A DNA stretch of 64,000 nucleotides from a virus (lineage: Duplodnaviria; Heunggongvirae; Uroviricota; Caudoviricetes). Location of the stretch: positions 39,998 to 103,997 of the IMG/VR virus record IMGVR_UViG_3300049215_000227; one strand, written 5' to 3'. Every line of letters starts with the position of its first letter. Position 1 is the stretch's first letter. Position numbers and translations under genes: made by a program. Shown here piece after piece: positions 56,432 through 63,824 of the stretch. The notes beneath the pieces were generated by a model, which was not told the origin of the DNA, made no database searches, and saw only the letters and a program-made list of their open reading frames with translations.

Positions 56432-56716
56432 TTACTGGCCGACGCCAGGGTTCTGATCCTCGTAGACAGAATCTACTAGATGCGTTGGCTTTCCCCACTT
56501 GCGCCTGCCGACGAGGTGCGCTGGCTTAGGTCGCTTGCCCCCTCCGTGGTCGTGGAGCGCCCCGCGCGTGCCGCGATCTTCCGGAAGTCTTCCCTCTCTG
56601 GTGCTCGCGGAGATGCTCCTGTGAGGCGTGTTGCCCGGCATGTCGGCGTCCTTTGGATCGGTGAGAGCCTTGTGCAAGGTCCACTGACCGTTCTGAGCGA
56701 AGGTGAGATATTCCAT
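56432..56716 (-). CDS. hypothetical low-complexity basic protein
   Basis: MEYLTFAQNGQWTLHK; TAGAAT upstream. Confidence 0.55.
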   Translation of the reverse strand: MEYLTFAQNGQWTLHKALTDPKDADMPGNTPHRSISASTREGRLPEDRGTRGALHDHGGGKRPKPAHLVGRRKWGKPTHLVDSVYEDQNPGVGQ

Positions 56717-56794
56717 AGCTCTCTAGATTCTATCACCCAGCGAAGCTTCTCTTCCTGAGCATCGGCGTGCCCCCACCCCACTCAGTTTTTAACT

Positions 56795-57010
56795 TCAAGG
56801 CAACTTACGTCCAGCGAAGAAGTAGTAGTGGTTCTCGCCGTCCGGCGACATCCTAGCGCTGAGCGCTTGCCTGATGCCGAGCTTGTTGAGAAGCTCGCTG
56901 AGGTTGAACATGGCGATAAACTTGTGCTCGTCGACGCTCGGCACGACCCTGCTGGTCTTCTTGTGGTAGCTGCAGTAAGCGCATGTGCACGCCTGCCCGT
57001 GGTTAGTCAC
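56795..57010 (-). CDS. small Cys-containing protein, LxxLLxKL family
   Basis: CTCAYC..FNLSELLNKLGIR. Confidence 0.55.
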   Translation of the reverse strand: MTNHGQACTCAYCSYHKKTSRVVPSVDEHKFIAMFNLSELLNKLGIRQALSARMSPDGENHYYFFAGRKLP

Positions 57011-57176
57011 CGCACACCTGCACGGTCTCGTACAAGGGCTCGTAAACGCACGAGTTGCTGCTGCAATCGTGTTCCCTCATGCCGACCACCTTCTTAACGT
57101 CGTGGCACATAGTCTGGTTGACAGGTATGGCCCAAAACGTTATCGTCATCGCGAGTATCAAGATGATGTATCTCAT
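57003..57176 (-). CDS. small secreted/membrane Cys-rich protein (57 aa, not in track)
   Basis: MRYIILILAMTITFWAIP..C..C..C..C; overlaps both neighbours. Confidence 0.5.
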   Translation of the reverse strand: MRYIILILAMTITFWAIPVNQTMCHDVKKVVGMREHDCSSNSCVYEPLYETVQVCGD

Positions 57177-57397
57177 TGGTGCCTCTCGTGAAGCAGCTTG
57201 TGCAGCAGCTGAAACAGCCTGTTGCGGGCCACAAACTGGTCAGCGTCATCTATGAGCTGGTAAGTGTTGGGGCACGAGCAGCGCGGCAAGACCGGCCACA
57301 GCTTGAGGTGTTTCGTGTCGAACGTTACGGCCTTAAGTGTGGACTCTAGCGACTCAACGAGTAGGGGACCAGGGCTTGACGTTTTGTTACTCGACAC
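57173..57397 (-). CDS. small protein, LxxLLxKL family
   Basis: NRLFQLLHKLLHE. Confidence 0.5.
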   Translation of the reverse strand: MSSNKTSSPGPLLVESLESTLKAVTFDTKHLKLWPVLPRCSCPNTYQLIDDADQFVARNRLFQLLHKLLHERHQ

Positions 57398-57641
57398 GCA
57401 TGCCTCCGCGGAGACCTAGCTTATGCAGCAACACCATCAAGTAGAGGTGCTGGACGCTTATGAACGGGACCCAGCCCGGGATATGGGTAACTCTGAGTAT
57501 CTCCTGCTTGTACTCCGCGTGGAGCGGCGTGTTAACCAAGAAGCGCATGAGACGGTCGTGGGTGTTGGCCTTCTCGTAAGCGTCCCAGATGTAGGCGCGT
57601 GCGCGGTCGAGGAGTAGGTTTGGTTCTTTGTGAGTTTCCAT
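57387..57641 (-). CDS. small protein, LxxLLxKL family
   Basis: LYLMVLLHKLGLR; TATAAT 6 nt before ATG. Confidence 0.6.
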   Translation of the reverse strand: METHKEPNLLLDRARAYIWDAYEKANTHDRLMRFLVNTPLHAEYKQEILRVTHIPGWVPFISVQHLYLMVLLHKLGLRGGMRVE

Positions 57642-57657
57642 ATTCGTATTATACGAA

Positions 57658-57686
57658 GGGTACAGGGTACCGCGCGAACCTATTAG
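57658..57686 (-). promoter_or_regulatory. conserved 29-nt upstream element, copy 1
   Basis: CTAATAGGTT-N5-GGTACCCnGTACCC, 4 nt upstream of TATAAT. Confidence 0.6.
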
Positions 57687-57837
57687 GGGTGCTTGTATAG
57701 GCCTAGCTTAGTGAGGAGGTTGAGGAGTTTGTATAGTTGGTTTGAGCTGTAAACCACGGTGCCGACGGATTGGCGGGTAACCTTGTGAGGGCGGTTGTTG
57801 GGTGCGGACTTGAAGATGCGGCGGTGCCAGAAGGAGA

Positions 57838-58023
57838 TCATGTGTCGTGAGGAGTGATGGTGAACGGGTTGAGGTAGCTGTTTGGGAAGTTGTGAGCCGC
57901 TGCGAAGAGGGCGAAGGGTACGTCGCGAGTGGTGTTGCTTAGTAGGTAGGTGCGTAGGCTGCTGGGTGTAGTTACCCTGAGCTTAGTGAGTAGAAGCACG
58001 AGGTTGTCGTAATGATCGTACAT
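57838..58023 (-). CDS. small protein, LxxLLxKL family
   Basis: MYDHYDNLVLLLTKLRVT; start moved to ATG 58023, after TATAAA. Confidence 0.55.
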   Translation of the reverse strand: MYDHYDNLVLLLTKLRVTTPSSLRTYLLSNTTRDVPFALFAAAHNFPNSYLNPFTITPHDT

Positions 58024-58044
58024 TTTTATATTTATACCCGCGTG

Positions 58045-58073
58045 GGGTACGGGGTACCTGTGAAACCTATTAG
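58045..58073 (-). promoter_or_regulatory. conserved 29-nt upstream element, copy 2
   Basis: Same motif, 8 nt upstream of TATAAATA. Confidence 0.6.
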
Positions 58074-58120
58074 AAAAGCTCATGTACGCGGCGTCCGCGC
58101 AGTGGGTACCAGTCCCGACT

Positions 58121-58134
58121 CAAGGGATCCCTTG
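58121..58134. repeat. perfect 14-bp palindrome at the divergence point
   Basis: CAAGGGATCCCTTG. Confidence 0.8.
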
Positions 58135-58201
58135 TAAGGCAAGGCCAGCGGGCCCTGTTTCAGCATTAGGCACTTAGCAAACCCGATCCTAAGGAGAACG
58201 T

Positions 58202-58360
58202 ATGAGAATGGGATTCGAGAGGAAAGTTAACTACGTATACTGGAATGCGTCCCTGCTTAACAAGCGGATCAGCTATCCAGAGGCGCTGCGGATCGCCAAC
58301 AAGTTTTCGGAAGAGGAGCTGCGCCGAATCTATCTTAAGTTGAAAGCGAGGAACGTATGA
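58202..58360 (+). CDS. hypothetical protein (52 aa, not in track)
   Basis: AAGGAG SD; ATGA-coupled to next gene. Confidence 0.6.
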   Translation: MRMGFERKVNYVYWNASLLNKRISYPEALRIANKFSEEELRRIYLKLKARNV

Positions 58361-58581
58361 CAGTTCAACAGATCAAGAACCAGATCAGGGACTTACAGGT
58401 CGCGCTTGCCCAGAACAACCTGGAGTTGAAGCGGGAGACGAGAGCGAATCGGACCATGAATCTGCCTCGGCTTATGGAAGCTCGATACCAGATCATGCTC
58501 ACGATCGCCCACAGGCAGGGATTGTTGATCCAGATCCTCGAGACAGAGGTTGCATACCAGACTACGAAGGAGGTCGCATGA
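58357..58581 (+). CDS. hypothetical coiled-coil protein
   Basis: 74 aa, coupled on both sides. Confidence 0.65.
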   Translation: MTVQQIKNQIRDLQVALAQNNLELKRETRANRTMNLPRLMEARYQIMLTIAHRQGLLIQILETEVAYQTTKEVA

Positions 58582-58688
58582 AGGTGTTTGATAGAGCGAT
58601 TGAGTGGACGATGATTGGCATAGCGATCTGGGCAGTGGTTGGCGCTGTCCAGATCCTAGGCGAGATTGGGAGGGTATTCCATGGCTGA
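58578..58688 (+). CDS. small membrane protein (36 aa)
   Basis: GGAGG SD; hydrophobic core WTMIGIAIWAVVGAVQIL. Confidence 0.5.
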   Translation: MKVFDRAIEWTMIGIAIWAVVGAVQILGEIGRVFHG

Positions 58689-58839
58689 TGACAGGAAGGC
58701 GTTCGAGGAGTTCTTGAAGAGAGACGAGAAGGAGCTAACTGTAGCGGACTTAGGTCCGGACGACTTCGAGTGCAACTGCGAGATGTGCACGCTTGGATGG
58801 TCCATCATCCCTGCAGGCACTGACCAGAAGAGCGGATAG
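58681..58839 (+). CDS. hypothetical protein (52 aa, CxCxxC)
   Basis: GGAGG upstream; FECNCEMC; TAG stop. Confidence 0.55.
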   Translation: MADDRKAFEEFLKRDEKELTVADLGPDDFECNCEMCTLGWSIIPAGTDQKSG

Positions 58840-58884
58840 GGCATAGGGCGAGGGACATCCACCTCGCCTACGCCTATTCCCCTA

Positions 58885-58899
58885 CTGACACTGCTACGC
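58885..58899 (+). repeat. CTGACACTGCTACGC intergenic repeat 1
   Basis: Exact 15-mer after GGCGAGG/CCTCGCC hairpin. Confidence 0.85.
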
Positions 58900-59059
58900 C
58901 AGCGCCCCGAGACTATATAACAAATTCCCCACAATATTGGTTTAACGGTGATTACCCGACTCTATATCTAGTTGTAAGCGAAACGGTCGATCGGAAATCA
59001 AAATTGAAATCTGAAACGATCGGTTAGCATAACAAACAGGTCTTAACGGAGGAACGATT

Positions 59060-59533
59060 ATGACCAAGATGACTCAGAAGGAAGCAGTTTTCAGCGCAGT
59101 AACCAACGTCTGCCAACCAGTCGGCGAGAACCACTTCGCACCGACGAAGGAAGAGCGCGCTCAGATCAACCAGATCCTGTTCGAAGGTTTTCGGTCTGGC
59201 AAGATCGAGTTGGAGAAGGAGTACGACGACTCTGGTCTCAAGGCATACGTGAGCGGACTTCAGTCCAACTGGCTTCGCAAGGACAAGCGCCTGAACGGTG
59301 GCGTGGCGTACGTCGCCAAGAACCCTGGTTCTCGCGCTGGATCGACTGATCCGCAAGTCAAGGCGATGCGTCAGCTCTTGGCAACCAAGACTGACCCGAG
59401 CGAGCGCGCTGAGATCCAAGCGTTCATCGACAAGCGCGTCGCTGAGATCAAGCCGACCAAGTCCGTCGAGCTGAGCGCTGAGCAGATCGCCACGCTCGAA
59501 GCCGCTGGTCTCGGTCACCTGATCGCTGGCTAA
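59060..59533 (+). CDS. hypothetical protein (probably highly expressed early)
   Basis: GGAGG SD; strongly C/G-ending codon choice. Confidence 0.8.
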   Translation: MTKMTQKEAVFSAVTNVCQPVGENHFAPTKEERAQINQILFEGFRSGKIELEKEYDDSGLKAYVSGLQSNWLRKDKRLNGGVAYVAKNPGSRAGSTDPQVKAMRQLLATKTDPSERAEIQAFIDKRVAEIKPTKSVELSAEQIATLEAAGLGHLIAG

Positions 59534-59580
59534 GCAACAAGTTAGGTTGGGGACTGGGCGACAAGCCTGGTCCCCACCAA

Positions 59581-59595
59581 CTGACACTGCTACGC
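59581..59595 (+). repeat. CTGACACTGCTACGC intergenic repeat 2
   Basis: Exact 15-mer after GGGGACTGGGC/GCCTGGTCCCC hairpin. Confidence 0.85.
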
Positions 59596-59641
59596 ACGGA
59601 CCCACCCTGTCCCGATCCTACATCTACCTAACGGAGGACAT

Positions 59642-59929
59642 ATGAGAGGACATAAGTTCGTCATCATAGTCGGAGACAGTTACATCCTTGAGGACTACGA
59701 CCTGACTCAAGAAGTCAGCGACCAGATCGAGTGGAACGAAGACCCATACCTCGCCGTGGTTACGCTCCCGCACGAGAACTTCTCCGACAACGTGGTGGTC
59801 CTAACTCACGCTGCCGACGCGGAGGACGAGACGTGGGTCGTGAGGGATGTGAAGGGTCGACTCTGGTATTACATGGACGTAATGTCGAAGATGGACCTGA
59901 TCCTAAACATGGAGCAGACGGAGGATTAA
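59642..59929 (+). CDS. hypothetical acidic protein
   Basis: GGAGG SD. Confidence 0.7.
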   Translation: MRGHKFVIIVGDSYILEDYDLTQEVSDQIEWNEDPYLAVVTLPHENFSDNVVVLTHAADAEDETWVVRDVKGRLWYYMDVMSKMDLILNMEQTED

Positions 59930-59932
59930 GTC

Positions 59933-60331
59933 ATGAACCATCAACTTTGCTACCTAGCGCTGCTCTGCCAGCAGAAGAACGATCTCAACCGGAGGCGCAG
60001 GCGCTTCCACGCGCTGAGACCCAAGACTAAGTGGCTCGGATACGACGCCAACCAGAAGCCGATGTACGCCGAGTATGCCCCTCACCGCGCCTACACGCTG
60101 GAGGAGATCTACGCCGGCTACCAGAAGGCGCAGTCCGACATGAAGGCGATGACCAAGGAGATGCGCCAGGTCCAGAAGCTGGCAGGTGCAACCCTGCACT
60201 GGGGCGACTCAGGTCAGATCCAAGCCATCGTGCTCAACGGCGAGGGTTATTACAGGGATCGCTGCATCTACCCTAAGCAATGGGCAAGACTCATCGACCT
60301 CTACCAAGCTGACGAGATACTTCTCAAGTAG
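59933..60331 (+). CDS. hypothetical protein
   Basis: 132 aa; follows previous stop by 3 nt. Confidence 0.7.
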   Translation: MNHQLCYLALLCQQKNDLNRRRRRFHALRPKTKWLGYDANQKPMYAEYAPHRAYTLEEIYAGYQKAQSDMKAMTKEMRQVQKLAGATLHWGDSGQIQAIVLNGEGYYRDRCIYPKQWARLIDLYQADEILLK

Positions 60332-60426
60332 GGAAACAGCTACCGACTACCAGTCAATAGACCCATAGAAGCTCAGGGGACTAGCCGAATGTCGGGATAG
60401 GCTAGTCCCAACCACCCGATACCCTG

Positions 60427-60441
60427 CTGACACTGCTACGC
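60427..60441 (+). repeat. CTGACACTGCTACGC intergenic repeat 3
   Basis: Exact 15-mer after GGGACTAGCC/GGCTAGTCCC hairpin. Confidence 0.85.
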
Positions 60442-60508
60442 CGATGCCTCAGGGCCAAGTCGGCTACCCTTCAGGTCCACACATACAATCCTGATCCTAA
60501 TTCCCCAC

Positions 60509-60742
60509 ATGGATGTATGGGAGAGGTGGGTGAGACGATCACTCGAGGATTGTCATAGAGCGAGAAAAGATCTTCAGGTCAAACTCCCTTTGATGCCTGA
60601 AGACCACCTGTTCCTCCTGACCCTTAGGAGGATGGACGCTAGGTATCGGCTGATCAGATTATTGCTTAAGCTTAATTCTAAGTCAGCTGATGCTATTCGG
60701 TGGGCGTCGGGGCTCACCCAGCCTCCAGGAGATGTGGCCTAA
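60509..60742 (+). CDS. small protein, LxxLLxKL family
   Basis: YRLIRLLLKLNSK. Confidence 0.55.
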   Translation: MDVWERWVRRSLEDCHRARKDLQVKLPLMPEDHLFLLTLRRMDARYRLIRLLLKLNSKSADAIRWASGLTQPPGDVA

Positions 60743-60945
60743 TGAAATCAGCATGTTACATAGCCAGTCGAGTGTTTGGAGCTAGAGTGGACAGTGCGGA
60801 GGTAGCATCCTTAGGGAGGCTTCTAGGACTATTAGGGAAGCTGGGGATCAGTAGCCAATCAGTGCATATCACGTGGTTCTACAGAGGGGCTCGATTGGAA
60901 GGGCTGGGAGTAGGCAGCAAGTATAGGCAGATGAGCCAGAAGTAG
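60742..60945 (+). CDS. small protein, LxxLLxKL family
   Basis: GRLLGLLGKLGIS; TAATG overlap; TAG stop in frame with next gene. Confidence 0.55.
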   Translation: MKSACYIASRVFGARVDSAEVASLGRLLGLLGKLGISSQSVHITWFYRGARLEGLGVGSKYRQMSQK

Positions 60946-60957
60946 GGGTTATTCAGC

Positions 60958-61119
60958 ATGAACGGGATGCCACAGTTTGAGCCCTTTGACGCAGTCGTCA
61001 AGCTGCTTAATATCCTGGTTCGCCTCAACGTTAAGAGCGCTAGGAGAGATGTCATATTGAAGTCTTACTTAGGCGGCATAGATTCCTACCTAGAGCGAGT
61101 GGGTAAGAGGCGTGACTAA
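60958..61119 (+). CDS. small protein, LxxLLxKL-like family (53 aa, not in track)
   Basis: VKLLNILVRLNVK. Confidence 0.55.
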   Translation: MNGMPQFEPFDAVVKLLNILVRLNVKSARRDVILKSYLGGIDSYLERVGKRRD

Positions 61120-61366
61120 GATTACGAACATTAGGAGTATGGGTTGCGAGGTGTGTAACGGGACTGAGATGTCCTACGCTCGCACTGTTGCTAAAGCCCA
61201 AAATATAGTCTCTAATAAGTGGTTTGCAACCTACAGGGAGAGGTGGCTAGACGAGCTTAGTCCTGGTAGAGATGTTGACTGCATGATGTGCGCTAGGATT
61301 GGGTTCGGTGTTAAGGTCGTTCTCGTTGACCTGCTGGATAAGTTGAGAGTTATGAGACATGAGTAG
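61112..61366 (+). CDS. CxxC..CxxC zinc-finger protein with C-terminal LxxLLxKL motif
   Basis: CEVC..CMMC..VLVDLLDKLRV. Confidence 0.6.
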   Translation: MTKITNIRSMGCEVCNGTEMSYARTVAKAQNIVSNKWFATYRERWLDELSPGRDVDCMMCARIGFGVKVVLVDLLDKLRVMRHE

Positions 61367-61595
61367 AAAAAGACATAGTTGCTCCGTATGTGGTAATAAA
61401 AGCATAAAGCGCTCGCCAAAATTAACTATCGAATATGCTTCACGATTTGTGCGACGTGGGTTAGTAAATTATCACCTTCAGAGAGAATTTCTATGTTTGG
61501 AAAGAAAACCTGGGGAGTGTGTAACTTGTCTCCAGGTAGGAACGGGATCGAAGATAATTCTAGTTAACATGTTAGAACGATTGGATGTTTTATAG
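61359..61595 (+). CDS. CxxC..CxxC zinc-finger protein with C-terminal motif
   Basis: CSVC..CVTC..ILVNMLERLDVL. Confidence 0.6.
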   Translation: MSRKRHSCSVCGNKSIKRSPKLTIEYASRFVRRGLVNYHLQREFLCLERKPGECVTCLQVGTGSKIILVNMLERLDVL

Positions 61596-61732
61596 TGGAT
61601 AAGGACTTGTTAAGGAATAGGGCTGTAGACGATTTACTTTATCTCCTATTCATGCTTGAGGCGATAAGTAACGACGTTTGGGACGATGCTTGCTCGAGAT
61701 TATCCCTCAGCAGATTGAAGAGCAAGCTATGA
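61595..61732 (+). CDS. small protein, motif family (45 aa, not in track)
   Basis: DDLLYLLFMLEAI; TAGTG overlap. Confidence 0.5.
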   Translation: MDKDLLRNRAVDDLLYLLFMLEAISNDVWDDACSRLSLSRLKSKL

Positions 61733-61893
61733 ATTACAGGGTTAGACGATCCGTAGATAAGCTCATCTATGTCCTGTTTCTGCTTGGCATTCAGTCAACT
61801 AAAGATAGGCGACTTCAGGGAACTGAGACCTTGTACTACTGCGAGCGCGTTTACAGAGTTATAGGTCCAAAGCGCTGGCAGTGGGAGCAATGA
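61729..61893 (+). CDS. small protein, motif family
   Basis: DKLIYVLFLLGIQ. Confidence 0.5.
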   Translation: MNYRVRRSVDKLIYVLFLLGIQSTKDRRLQGTETLYYCERVYRVIGPKRWQWEQ

Positions 61894-61896
61894 GAT

Positions 61897-62064
61897 ATGG
61901 GCAGCAAGAGGGGTGCTATAGCTACGTTTGGCTTGCTGAGACTGCTGGCATTGCTGGGCAACAAGGGCGTTAAGGCTAAGTTTGAGAGCAACGGGCACGT
62001 AGACGTGGTTGCTATCGGTTACTACGCGAGGAAGTATGAGCGGAAATCACAAGCGGAAGACTAG
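61897..62064 (+). CDS. small protein, motif family (55 aa, not in track)
   Basis: FGLLRLLALLGNK. Confidence 0.5.
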   Translation: MGSKRGAIATFGLLRLLALLGNKGVKAKFESNGHVDVVAIGYYARKYERKSQAED

Positions 62065-62191
62065 AAAACTGAGGCGCGAGCGAAAGTTTAGGTCGACAAA
62101 CGACTTGATCACTCTGCTTCAGAAGCTGGATATCGTTGAGTCCTGGAAGCTAAGAGGTGTGTGGAAGTTTGTGTATAGGTTTGAATCATGA
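62036..62191 (+). CDS. small basic protein, LxxLLxKL family
   Basis: NDLITLLQKLDIV. Confidence 0.55.
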   Translation: MSGNHKRKTRKLRRERKFRSTNDLITLLQKLDIVESWKLRGVWKFVYRFES

Positions 62192-62334
62192 GTCAAAAAA
62201 GAATAGAAGAGCAACGACAAGTAAGAGCTGTATATTGTTTATTTCGACTTCTTAGTAAGTTTAAGTTGTTAAAAGGAACTGTCTCTGGTATAAGAGTTGA
62301 AATTAACGGTAGCATGTACAACCTTGATTTCTGA
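62188..62334 (+). CDS. small protein, motif family (48 aa, not in track)
   Basis: YCLFRLLSKFKLL; ATGA overlap. Confidence 0.5.
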   Translation: MSQKRIEEQRQVRAVYCLFRLLSKFKLLKGTVSGIRVEINGSMYNLDF

Positions 62335-62361
62335 ACATATCCATGCTTGGAGAAAATCTTT

Positions 62362-62778
62362 ATGAGTCAGATAGTGATGGACAATATTCAGGCTGAGGCA
62401 TATCGCTTCGTCAAGGACGGAACCCCAATGAATGAGCGAGGTCCTCAATGGACTGAGTTCACTCGTTCTGCTATTGCTGAGGCACGCAAGCGAGTAGAGC
62501 ACGAGGAACTTCTTAAGGTTGAGAAGTCTGAACGCAATCTCGCTACTAAGCAAGGATTGTCGTACGACGAGTGGCTTGAGAAAGCTAAGAAGCTTTACTC
62601 TATCGACCAGCAGACAGCTGTCGTCACAAGCATCGCTTTGGGACCAGATCACGGCAAGACTTGGGAATGTGAGAGCTACGTAGACGCTCGCAAGCGCGTT
62701 CTCAAGCTGATGCAATACAAGAAGTACGATCACTTCGTTCGTGGTCACGACTTCGCATACGACCCGGATAAGGCATGA
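62362..62778 (+). CDS. hypothetical protein
   Basis: GGAG SD; about 138 aa. Confidence 0.7.
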   Translation: MSQIVMDNIQAEAYRFVKDGTPMNERGPQWTEFTRSAIAEARKRVEHEELLKVEKSERNLATKQGLSYDEWLEKAKKLYSIDQQTAVVTSIALGPDHGKTWECESYVDARKRVLKLMQYKKYDHFVRGHDFAYDPDKA

Positions 62779-62972
62779 GTGAAGAGAAGATCACTGTCAA
62801 AGACTACACTTCGCACTCTAATCGTGTGCTTAATCGCGCTATTGCATTGCGCAAGAAGCAGATCGAGCGTGCTGAGGCAGGCAACAACAGGACGGATAAG
62901 TCAATAGCTCAACTCAAGTATGAGTTGGAAGCAATGACCAACACTCTCCTAGAAAGGGCGATGACTAAATGA
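62775..62972 (+). CDS. hypothetical protein
   Basis: ATGA-coupled. Confidence 0.65.
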   Translation: MSEEKITVKDYTSHSNRVLNRAIALRKKQIERAEAGNNRTDKSIAQLKYELEAMTNTLLERAMTK

Positions 62973-63262
62973 GAAAGTGCGACAAGAAGCGACTCAAAAA
63001 GATTCGTCACGACCAAAAGATTCAGCGCTGCAAGAGTAGGTTAAGAGCTCGTCTCATCTCTGTTGCTGTCGGCAATAACGTTATGCCTCACACTCCGACT
63101 ATTGAGGTGATAGTTCAACTGGTTCAACTTACTCCATTGAAGGAGCTCAAGATCATTGAGTCTAATCAGTCTCGCTTCCAGAACTTTCCCATGCGAGAGC
63201 ATTTGTTTCGACTGGTTGTAGATGAGATCGCATTAAGATCGTTGAGGATAGATCACGAGTGA
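62969..63262 (+). CDS. hypothetical protein
   Basis: Coupled to neighbours. Confidence 0.6.
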   Translation: MRKCDKKRLKKIRHDQKIQRCKSRLRARLISVAVGNNVMPHTPTIEVIVQLVQLTPLKELKIIESNQSRFQNFPMREHLFRLVVDEIALRSLRIDHE

Positions 63263-63591
63263 TGATGCCATCGCCATTTGCTATCAACGATCTAGTTACT
63301 GGCAAAGATAAGTCTTACCTGAGGTCTGTCTACAAATACATTGGTCACACCGACGATCCTGAGTCAGGCATATTTGAGTTGGTAACGTATAAGCGTCAGT
63401 GCGTGGATTACTTTCGTCATGCGAAGGCGAGATCAACTGTCTACACGTTCAAGAGAAGATACGACGAGTTTGTCTTGGCCAGCAGTGAGGAGATTGCTAA
63501 GTCAAATAAAACGCGTGCAACCTACATGCTTTGCTACGTGCTGGACAAATTAGGTGTTGGGTCAGCTCACGACTACACGACTCCCTTCTGA
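63259..63591 (+). CDS. hypothetical protein with C-terminal LxxLLxKL-like motif
   Basis: YMLCYVLDKLGVG. Confidence 0.6.
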   Translation: MMMPSPFAINDLVTGKDKSYLRSVYKYIGHTDDPESGIFELVTYKRQCVDYFRHAKARSTVYTFKRRYDEFVLASSEEIAKSNKTRATYMLCYVLDKLGVGSAHDYTTPF

Positions 63592-63620
63592 AACAATAAA
63601 CTTGCAGAATCGGAGGAGTT

Positions 63621-63815
63621 ATGGCATTAACTATCAGTTTGCGCATGAATAATCCAGGTCCTGCTAAGTATTTGATCGAGCAGGTCGAACGTCCCACGTT
63701 TAATGAAGCGCTGAAAGCCGCTAGCGATATGGCAGATCGCGCTTCAAGAGACCATTTTGTCGAGATTACCAACGAAGTTGGTGAGACCATGGCAAAGATC
63801 AACGGATCGAACTAA
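63621..63815 (+). CDS. hypothetical protein
   Basis: GGAGGAG SD. Confidence 0.7.
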   Translation: MALTISLRMNNPGPAKYLIEQVERPTFNEALKAASDMADRASRDHFVEITNEVGETMAKINGSN

Positions 63816-63824
63816 GGAGGAACT

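Noticed and set aside
58885-60441. CRISPR array
   Set aside because: Repeats are 15 nt, about 700-850 nt apart and separated by protein-coding genes; no cas genes are present.
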